Source: a virus
Virus record (IMG/VR): IMGVR_UViG_3300032257_000479
Coordinates: 32,001 to 96,000 of that record
Strand: one strand, 5' to 3'
Length of the DNA: 64,000 nucleotides
The notes beneath the pieces were generated by a model. That model searched no databases. It saw only the letters and a program-made list of their open reading frames with translations, and was not told the DNA's origin. Below, in pieces: positions 1-9,900 of this stretch; position 1 is the stretch's first letter, and each line of letters opens with the position of its first letter. A program made the translations under genes and the position numbers.

Positions 1-878
1 AACATGCATGTCGATTGATCCTTATTCTTCAGTGAGTTAAATGCAACAAACTCTGATCCGAAATTTATATGCCTAGCAACTGTCTCTGAGTCTCCCTCAT
101 ATTCATTTGAAAAGTACAATTCGTCTATTATTCCAGAGTTATTTCTAACAAGACCACTAAAACCTGGAGCTGATTGATTCAATTGCAACGATATTGGCGT
201 ATTATTATCTTTCGAGAAAAACAATGGAACCTGACTACCTTCCACGAATTCCGTTTCAACAGGCTTTCCATCGATGTAAATATTGAGAACTCTTGCTGCC
301 CCAGAATAAGCAATATACATATGATGAAAATCTGATGTTTTATAAGGATTTTTTGTTTTAATTAATATCGACCCTTCCAATGAATCCATAAATACATAAA
401 GCAAGTTTTGTTCGCTCTCTATACTCTCTTCAAATACACAAAATCCGGTTGAGGCCTCATAAATATTTGTAACTTCGTTCAGGGAAATATTTGAATAGTT
501 CAGTAATGAAAGACGATAATAGTTTATGTCATTTGAATCTAATGATAAAACAGGTCTAAGCCAAGATGGTTTTAACCAAAATGATAATGAAAATTTCGTC
601 TTTGACCTTAATGATATTCCAATATCGACTCCTGATCGAGGTCTCATTTTTAGACCGTTACCAGAAACGCCTTCGGAGAAAGATGGGTTTTCCGATCCAA
701 CAACTGTATTCGATCTATTTGAGACTTCATCCAATATTGGCAACGATTCAAATTTTATAAAGGTTGGATAATTGGATAGAGCTTGAGTGTAAGTGTTTCT
801 AACCTTTTGCTCTGATACAACAGTTCTTGATATATTTGATATCGAAGAAGTTGATACTCTGTTATTTAAGTTTGCCAT
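1..878 (-). CDS. LamG/concanavalin-A-like domain virion protein (3' end runs off the window)
   Basis: Not in the ORF track. ATG at 878 reads MANLNNRVSTSS... and stays open to the window edge. LamG-type motifs FSLSFWLKP, FHHMYIAY, LNIYIDGK, GIIDELYFS. Confidence 0.8.
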   Translation of the reverse strand, partial: MANLNNRVSTSSISNISRTVVSEQKVRNTYTQALSNYPTFIKFESLPILDEVSNRSNTVVGSENPSFSEGVSGNGLKMRPRSGVDIGISLRSKTKFSLSFWLKPSWLRPVLSLDSNDINYYRLSLLNYSNISLNEVTNIYEASTGFCVFEESIESEQNLLYVFMDSLEGSILIKTKNPYKTSDFHHMYIAYSGAARVLNIYIDGKPVETEFVEGSQVPLFFSKDNNTPISLQLNQSAPGFSGLVRNNSGIIDELYFSNEYEGDSETVARHINFGSEFVAFNSLKNKDQSTCM

Positions 879-882
879 ATAA

Positions 883-2415
883 TTAAACCTTTAAAAATCC
901 AAGAGTCAAAGCCATTCTGTTGTTTTCTCTTCCCTCATTGTCAGAATCTAACAATCTTTCAACCCATACATATATTACTTCTTTAGGTCCAAGAGTCTTT
1001 CCTGCTCGCTGAACCGAACCTCTGTCCCCATTTACATCTATTGAAACCCCTTCAAGGTATCCATTTGCGTTTTCAAAATCTGATATAAGATATGGAGCCC
1101 TTATGTCAGGTCCTGCGTTTGATTCCAAAATGGGAGAAACGATTCCATTTGATATTCTTTGCGAAGGAGCTGTGTCTACATAAAACTCATCTCCTGATTG
1201 AGCTTCAAATGGTAGCTCTTCATCAAAACTAAAAGTTCCTGTTGCGTTATCGTATGCCGTGACAACTCTAAATTGTCCAGCATTTTGTCCTGTAACAAAA
1301 ACAACTGGAGCTGTTACAAATAAATCGTCCTGAAATTCATTTAAAAATTCATCTGATTGAAATGATGATACGGTTCCGGATGTTACTGTCCCCTCTTGAT
1401 ATTCGCTTCTAGGGATTTCTATGGAGATTTTCCATTCTGATCTATTATTTCTACTGGGAATTTTGAAATATACCTCTGAGCTTCTTGCAGATTGAGCTTC
1501 TGAATCATTCCTAATTGCTATGCATCTATATTGAGATTGGTTTTCACTAAAGTTTGAAGTAAATATATCATTTTTTCTTAATCCTTTAACTATTGCTCCT
1601 TGAAAATGAACTCTCAATGGAGTATCAAAGGAGTTCCTTTGTGCAACAATCGCAGTTGACCCATTCCATGATTCTATTTCTATTATTTCGTCTTGTATTT
1701 GTATGTGGCTATAAGACGTTAAAGACTCATCACTCAATACTACTCTATTATCTGAAAAAGAAACAACCTCAGAAAGAGTTGAAGTTTCAAATACCTCAGT
1801 TAGGCTCAAGTAACCTCCAAGTGATTGATCAGGGTTAGATTGAGACATATTTGGCTCAACGCTTGTCAAGTAGTATTTTATATTTGTCTTAACGTCCTCT
1901 TGTCCAACAAAATTTATCTCATCTCCGCCAGAGAAGAAGTATGCCCATTGACCTGTTGCATTAAACGTTCCGCTATTCAACAGTGTTGATGCGGATGCCA
2001 GCGTATAGTTTCCTATCGGATGAGCAACAACTCCTGGAACATTTGTTATTCGATCTGATAATTCAATTAAAGAAAGACCCTCTATTAATGGTATCTCAAT
2101 CAAATTAACAATGATTCCAGCAGATGTCATGAACCACCCATAAAGAACATTCATGTTACCTGATCCTGACTGAATGCTAAAATACGCTTCAGTATAAGCT
2201 GCATATGGGTCATCATCAGAAAGAGCTATCCTAAGAGCTGCGTTAGCTGTATCAAACGAAGATGTTGGATCAAACGAGTCAAATGTTATAGCTATATCTG
2301 AAACATCAGGCACAACTTCGCCGGAGTTTGTGTCTATTATTGGCAAAATAGGTTGATCTGTGGGATCTACAGAACCAAAAGCTGGATTATTACCTCCAAT
2401 ATTAAATGAACTCAT
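883..2415 (-). CDS. Putative tail-tip structural protein
   Basis: 510 aa, acidic and beta-rich, in the tail cluster. Contains GQNAGQFRVVTAYD, a motif type common in phage tail proteins. Confidence 0.55.
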   Translation of the reverse strand: MSSFNIGGNNPAFGSVDPTDQPILPIIDTNSGEVVPDVSDIAITFDSFDPTSSFDTANAALRIALSDDDPYAAYTEAYFSIQSGSGNMNVLYGWFMTSAGIIVNLIEIPLIEGLSLIELSDRITNVPGVVAHPIGNYTLASASTLLNSGTFNATGQWAYFFSGGDEINFVGQEDVKTNIKYYLTSVEPNMSQSNPDQSLGGYLSLTEVFETSTLSEVVSFSDNRVVLSDESLTSYSHIQIQDEIIEIESWNGSTAIVAQRNSFDTPLRVHFQGAIVKGLRKNDIFTSNFSENQSQYRCIAIRNDSEAQSARSSEVYFKIPSRNNRSEWKISIEIPRSEYQEGTVTSGTVSSFQSDEFLNEFQDDLFVTAPVVFVTGQNAGQFRVVTAYDNATGTFSFDEELPFEAQSGDEFYVDTAPSQRISNGIVSPILESNAGPDIRAPYLISDFENANGYLEGVSIDVNGDRGSVQRAGKTLGPKEVIYVWVERLLDSDNEGRENNRMALTLGFLKV

Positions 2416-3896
2416 GTTATGTTAACCTCTGTAAAAGATGCATTATCATATACTGTAATATTCGTCTTATTACGCAATACAATATAGAGCAAAGCGTCAT
2501 CCGAGTAAAGATTAACAATAGACGAGTCGAAAGTTCCAACTAGATTAACGGATGCCTCATCATATCTGTAAAGCTCTCCATTAATTGTTCCAAAGTATAG
2601 ATTGTTATTATAGTTCTCCATACTTATAACTTCTGAGCCTTGATCATCAAGCTCTATTGCGACAGATGCCCCAAGCCCTGAATTTCTATATATCAACGCC
2701 CTACTATCTTCTGTTGTAACTGCGACATAAACTGTTTCCGTTAAAATAGCAATTGCGTTTATCTCTTCAGGAGTCCTCATTACAATGGATGACCCTGAGT
2801 TGTCTAGCTTATATAGTGCAGGTTCTGATTCATTTACAGCGATCCAAACTACATCTCCTGTTGCTGTTTTTTGATTTATCACATCAGATATTCTAGAGTT
2901 ATCTCTCTCGAATCCAACCCTAAATGGTGTCTGTATTTCAGATGTCCTATTCGCTCCAAAATCTTGAAACAGGACTTTTATAACTTTTATCCCATCGGAT
3001 TCTTCCAAGGTATAATATTTTATCTCCGCGAATGAATCTGCTGGACGTTCAATGTCTTCGCCAACAGTTATTGTATTCCCATCTATCAAATCTGTTCTCT
3101 CAATAACTCTCATGGCATGAACGCCTGTCGTTTCATCAAAAGCAAAAAGATTTATTGTAACATCTTGTTCTCTGGTAAATTGATCAGCATTATTTATTTG
3201 AACAAATCCGGTTGGAGGCTTTGTATCTATTAAGAAAAACCCCTCATTGAATATTGATACATCTTTTATGTTAGTCTCTTGTGATTTATTTCCGTCATCA
3301 TCCGCCAAATAAGTTGTTATAACATAATCATCAGATGGAGGTAATGTTGAAGTATCCCAAATGATAGGCCCAGTTCCTGGCGGAATACCTTGAGCTATCG
3401 GCGTATATGGAATATCAGATTTATTAGATTGGAAATAAATATAGTATCTAGCCTTTTGACCAAAATTGTTCAATATTGCAGAATCATCAAATATAATTTC
3501 TACGCTACTACCATGACGGCTATTCGGAAAAGGTGAAACAATGGCAGGGGCCGGAGGAGCCTCTCTTCTCACAGAGAACAAGTCCGCAGAAATCGAATAA
3601 TCGCTTCGCTCACCTCTAACGTTAACAGATCTTATTGCAACCTTGCATTTATTGCTCTTTACCGTATTGCCTATTTTCCAATTATAGTTATTGTTACCCG
3701 AAGGCAATACTGCTATCTTTTTCCAATCCGGTTCATCAAATGCGTCATAAAATTCGCTATAAAAAACTTCATACCAAACCTGAGTTAAATCATTAGAAAG
3801 CAAAGATGGCTCTTCCCATTCTATTTTAATAACTCTGCCAATGATGTTTTCACTGCCATTCGGGAATAATAATGTTGGACGATTTGGTCTAGCCAT
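2412..3896 (-). CDS. Fibronectin-III/Ig-like plus beta-propeller-like tail protein
   Basis: N-terminal FN3-like pattern (PNRPTLL...IEWEEP...YEVFY...VAIRSVNVRGERSDYS). C-terminal propeller-like strands (NNLYFGTINGELYRYD). ATGA overlap with the next gene. Confidence 0.6.
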   Translation of the reverse strand: MARPNRPTLLFPNGSENIIGRVIKIEWEEPSLLSNDLTQVWYEVFYSEFYDAFDEPDWKKIAVLPSGNNNYNWKIGNTVKSNKCKVAIRSVNVRGERSDYSISADLFSVRREAPPAPAIVSPFPNSRHGSSVEIIFDDSAILNNFGQKARYYIYFQSNKSDIPYTPIAQGIPPGTGPIIWDTSTLPPSDDYVITTYLADDDGNKSQETNIKDVSIFNEGFFLIDTKPPTGFVQINNADQFTREQDVTINLFAFDETTGVHAMRVIERTDLIDGNTITVGEDIERPADSFAEIKYYTLEESDGIKVIKVLFQDFGANRTSEIQTPFRVGFERDNSRISDVINQKTATGDVVWIAVNESEPALYKLDNSGSSIVMRTPEEINAIAILTETVYVAVTTEDSRALIYRNSGLGASVAIELDDQGSEVISMENYNNNLYFGTINGELYRYDEASVNLVGTFDSSIVNLYSDDALLYIVLRNKTNITVYDNASFTEVNIT

Positions 3897-3910
3897 TGAT
3901 TACCTTCTTC

Positions 3911-6900
3911 TTAAGAGTTGTCGAGAGGGCCATCTCCGCCGCCTGCCCATTGATTATTTCCACCAGTTTCCCCTATGTCCTCTTTTCCTCTGCTGTCAAT
4001 TCCAAATCTATTCTTCTTATAATATGAAGGGTCTCCAAATGATCCTCTTATATCATCGTCTGAATAGTTATCAATAAAGACATCAAGATTATTTAAAATC
4101 GATATATTTTGATCTAAGTTTTGAGGAGAAAGAAGTTTTAACAACCTTGCATTTTGGTCTTCAAATGATATTGGGCTACATTGTCCTGGTATGTTTATCA
4201 AAATTACCCCAAGGCCATCAACATTTAATACTGAATCATCCTCTTCTACAGTAAATGATCCAGAATAAACTCCATTAGATTGCTTTGTTAAGCTCAATCC
4301 TATCTGATCATTAAGTCCCTGCTGGTAAACGCTAAAGCTAATTTCTCCAAAAGAGCTGAACCTATCTAGGCTTCTCATTCTTTCTAACAATTCTAATTTT
4401 TGAACATCTTCAAACTTTATTCTAACATATATTGTATTCGATGTTTCTGATGAAACTTCCTCTCCAATTGATCTCAGCTCTTCTTCGGTTATCTCTGTTG
4501 TCGTTTCTTTTGTGCTAAGTATTGGGTAATTGTTATAACTAGGAACCTTACTCTCAAATGATTCATCAAAAAAGAAATCTATTTCATACTTGATCTCTTT
4601 GTATATCGATTGAAAATCAACGCAGAATCTCTCTGTCTTTCCAAAATATGTTAAAACTTCACAGCAAATTCTTTTTGTCCCATTTCCAGAAGATGCTATC
4701 CAAGGAGCAATGAATCTGTCTTTTCCAATAAAATAACCTCTAAAGAAATCTCGCTCATCAGATGCTCCATCTGAATCTTCGGCTTGAACAGGAAGATCAG
4801 GACCAATCGGCATCCACTCTGAGAATGAATCATCGTCCTCGTTTTTCAATCTATAAGCATAAGTTCCAGGAACGCCAATTATATCTAGTTCAATAAAACA
4901 ATCGTTTATTATTGAAATCGGAGTATCGATGTCTAAATATGTTGAGTAAACAACATACTCATCTCTTATTCTTATCTTTTGATATTGCTCAATGTCTCTT
5001 TCCGGCCCTGTTGAAACAAAGTAAAAAGAATCATCTGTGCCATCAGTAAACATGCATGGAGATATCATTTCTGGATCAAATGGTTCATACGCGCAACCAA
5101 CGCTGCATCCTTGATGATAAACTTTTGATCCATCATGAAACGCTATATTAATATTTTGGAAAGGGTCAACAAAGAGTGATGAATCAAAGAGAGTTAAACT
5201 ACCGTTGGTTTCATCTTCGTAGTAAGTCATTCTTCTGTCGTAGCTACCTTGAGCTGATGAATAAAACTTGTCTTCATTTGCATTATATACACCAAAGAAG
5301 TAGTCAGGAGAAATAACAGGTTGATCTGAAGATAGCCTTGAGAAGCGATAATCTTCCCAAGATACATAAAACAAATCATTGCTTGAAGAGACAACATTTG
5401 CATTTATTGCCTCCCTATCTGTTTGAGTAATTCTAAAATCATCAAAACCTTGTCCGCTACACAACCAGTTTATTGAATCTTTATCTTCTCTCCATATATT
5501 TGCATCTGTTCCAAAACAAGGGCATAAGAATGAACCATCTTTTACATGATTAAATGCACCCTCAAAGAATCTTTCTATTGTGTAAAAATAATTAACACCG
5601 CAAAGCAACGGTTTATTGAAAACAGGTATCGAATTTTCGTTCGATGGACTTATTGAGAAAGAGTTCAAATAAGACTTATCTGCATCCGAATAAAAATCAG
5701 CAGAAACCCTAATTGTTTCTATGTCCTTTATAACAGAGCGCATAGTAGTCTCTGTTGAGGCAACAAATCCGCCTCCGCCTGCTGGCTCATGAGTCCAAGA
5801 AGTATTTGACTGCAATGGTACGCTAAACGGAGAATACAAAGGCCCCCTGTCTGGTCTACTAGATCCTGTGTACCTTAAAGTTCCGCCGTTTGAAGATTCT
5901 ATTTCTATGATAAGATTCTGAGATCCCAATGACGGACTAAAATCTTGATCAAGTCTCATTGAGAGATCAATTCTTCCGCCATACAAAGTTTCTATGTCGC
6001 CAGAGAATCTCGGAGAAGCAACATACCAAGCGTCTCCTGGCAAAGCGTCCTCATGAAACAATGAACCATTACTGTTATCGTTTAACCATAAAGCTGAACT
6101 TGTTCCTGATGATGTTTGTATTGACCAATTATCACTACCAAAAGTGAAATGGCTTGATATTGTTCTATTCTCAACCTCTCCCCCTTGATCATCAAATTTC
6201 TCAAAAGGTAAAACCTCTGGATCAAAAGCGATACTAATTGTTTCTCCTGAAACAACATCAACGCCACTTGCTGGATATCCTGACGGCCCGAATATCCAAT
6301 TGTCAACATCAAATAATGAGAACGAAGAAAATACAGCCGAGTTCATTTCGCTATCAGCAAAAAATGTTACTCTGAAATGCATTTTTTCTTGATCCACTTG
6401 AGTGTCATTGTAATAATCTGTTTCAACAGCACACCTTTTTGATTGCTCAAATGGGCAATGATAGACAGCATCAATTAATCCGCTCGTATCTGAATCTTCA
6501 GGCAACGTCTCAACAACAACTCTCATTGAATCTATATTAAATCGTGCGGTTGCAAATGTTCCAGATATTGTTCTCCTGTCTTCTGATATTACGATTGAAT
6601 CATCTGGAGATGTAGCTGTTCCCCTGGAGTTGTTTTGAGAATAAACCACATCTCTTCTTCCTAGAGTTAAATTTGTTTCATCCAAAGTTGTTGGAGCAAC
6701 ATATATTGCTACTATTGGGCCTTCAAATGTTATTGAAAAATCTTTTTGAGTTGGTTCTTCAGATCCGATTTTATCATATTGAATGTAATATGATGCAACT
6801 ATATCATCTTTATCAAAACCCTGCAAGATCCCATTTCCACCAATAATTATACTAGAAGGAGATGAGAATCCATCTGACTGATCATCACTTACTGTCTCGA

Positions 6901-9900
6901 ATATATCTGATACATTTTCAGGCGATTGATTGAATCCTGCTTTTTTTAGTGATTCTTTAAAAAAGATGACATTATCAAATTCAAAATCTCCTACTTCTAT
7001 ACTTGCCCCAAATGCCGGATCTTCTTGAGTAGCATCCACATAAGAAGTTGGATCACCATCATTTGATCCAACGCTTTCGTATTTAATATCAACATAATAA
7101 ATAGAATCCCCAAGACCGTCATCATCGGATACTGTATAAGTAACAGGAACCGATACGCTAGATAAGGCAAAAGCTCCCAATGCTGTCATCTGATTTCCGT
7201 CTATCTTCCATCCAAGAATACTGTTTCTTGAATCAATGCTTTTTATCAAACTTGTTCTTTCTCTATCTGAGTAAAAATCTAATACAAAATAGTATGTACC
7301 TGATATCTCTGGCTCAAAACTAAATTCAATACCGCAGCTCAATGTATCAAGAATAATAGCATAAGGATCATACGGATCGACATTTTCTTCAGCCTGATAG
7401 ATAAATTCATTTGCTTCATCAATTCCGCATTGGTCAATATACATAGGATCGTCTAGCTTGTTTAAAGCAGAGAATACTTGGTAATATCTACCCTTTCTGT
7501 TATCATGCCAAGCTATCAACCTTCTGCCTTTTTTATCCGCGGAAATAGATGGCTCAATACTTGTGCTCTCAGAATCAGTTATTCTTGTCTCAAATCTAAA
7601 CGGAATAGACCTATCTCTCATTCCTGAATAATAAATATCCCAATAATCGTTTCTATTTGACTGCCAAGCAACATGAGCCTTATCGAGAAGGTCTATTGAT
7701 ATGTCAGGATTTCTGTTTTGGCTTGATGTTGAAATAGTAATAGGCAATTTGCTCATATCGCCAAAGGTGGATAATGAATAATTTAAACTATATTCTTCAA
7801 AAGATAATAACAATTCGTTTTTTGCAGATTGAGAAAAAAGTTCATTTGGAAGCAATGACGATCTGTAAACTTTTACAGAGTCAATAATTGGACCATAATC
7901 TGAAAACGGGGACTCAGAGTCACTTACATTTTCAAGTCTCAATGTTGTTGTTGTTCCTACTGCCGTAAATTCAACAGTATGGATTATCCAGTTCGGATCA
8001 ATATCATTCTCAATATTGGTTATTGAAAAAGTTTTACTGAAAGCCGCAGAAGATGCAAGAACCTTCCTTGTTACTTCGCCAAATTCCGCTGAAGCATTAG
8101 GATTACTAGAAAGAGCAAAAGACAATATATAATCTTCGCCTATGACAGTTGTTATATCTTGTTCTATATAACCAAGGCTTGAGTCATTTAAGCCAGTTAA
8201 TGCGACAGAATAGTCTCCGGTAAGAGAAACTACCCCCAATTCTAATGATGGAGCATAGTTCACCTCAACTTGATTTCCTACTGTCCAAGAAGAAAGAGAT
8301 AAATCGCCTGTAGACAATTGAACAACAGACTGTTCCGGTAATGTATTTGATTCAAAATCGCCATTAATTAAAATGTCACTGATGTTTTCAGTAACAACCA
8401 TCTGCCTAGTGCTTCTGTCGTGACTTGAAAGGTTTATGTAAGCGCTATTAGGCTGTATTGAATGAGGACCAACTGATATGTTTTCATACTTTATTAATAA
8501 AGACAGATCATCGTATTCATTTCCATTAAACGGAAGCTGCTCTTGAGTAACAAAACTATTTCCGTCAGGATATCCCAATCCAATATCAAACGCTCTGTAT
8601 TGATCAGAAAAGTCTGCAACAAAACTTTCTCCTAATTTTACCTCATTGTCTACCGTTACAATTATGTCTCCGTAAAATCTTGAGTTTTGTTCAGAAATAT
8701 AAGGGTTCGAGCGAATTCTTCCATCAATGAAATCTTGGTTAGCTTTACTGTAATGCACTGCAATTTTAACATTTTTGATTTCATCAAAATCTATTGCATC
8801 ACCGAATTGTCTGAGTAAATGATATTTCTTGTTCGCAGCATCGCCTGTTGACTCATCTTCCGATGTTGCCAGTATCAATGCCATTTTATAACGACCAGTA
8901 TACACTATCTCTTCTATTTGCGGAATATATGTTGAAGATGAATCAATCTCTAATTCATTTCTATCCAAGTATCCAAATAACGGATCAATATTCGACGCTT
9001 TAAACCTAACCTTTTCTGGCATAAGGGCAACCATAAAGTGATTAACGTTTGTTCCAGCATTAGAAACAACAGATTGTTCGTCTGACACAACGTATTCGTC
9101 TGCCCCCAAGTGTTCAACATTTCTTGCGTCTGATCCGCCAGAAATTGATGAGGAAGAAAAATCTCCAAACTTATAAGAGCCTGCTATTGGAATTATCTTA
9201 TCAAAGACCGCATCGTATTTATCTAATGTGAATATGTTCCCATCTTTTGAATACTGATCATTAACGGATTTGCTAAATTGAGATTTAAAGTCAGTAAACT
9301 GCCTGTCAATATCGCTATCAAGCAATTTTGGAAAAGGAGATCCCCCAATAGATGATGCTGTAATGTTAAACGCTAATTGATAGCTTAACTGAGAAAACAG
9401 TCCATCAAAATCTCTTCCATCTTGATCAGAATCCAATCTAAAGACAGCCATAGCTGAATCTGCGCTTGGATTGCCATCTATTCCAACTGTTCCTGTCCCA
9501 TTTACTGAAACTGATCCGCCGTTGCTCAAAAATCTTGTCCAACCAGTCTGCAAAGAAAGCGGATTAGATATAGATATAAGAGACAGATTAAAGTCATCTT
9601 GAATCCTTTCTTTCTCTAAAGCAGAAACAAGCATTTGGTTTGAAATAACTCTTGAGCCAGGACCTAAAACGCTGCAATAAATTTGAGAAGGTCCGCCATT
9701 CCTGTCAGACTCCCAAACAATATGCAAGTTCCCCATATTGTCACATTCTGCTTTTGCGTTTTTATTTTCTCCCTCAAATGTTATTTGAGTCCAATCTAAA
9801 TCACTGTCTATCTCATCGCCAACTGATATTCCATAATAGAATAATTGATAAACGCCATTTACAGGAGCTTGACACACAACATAGCAATAAGATGTTCCGT

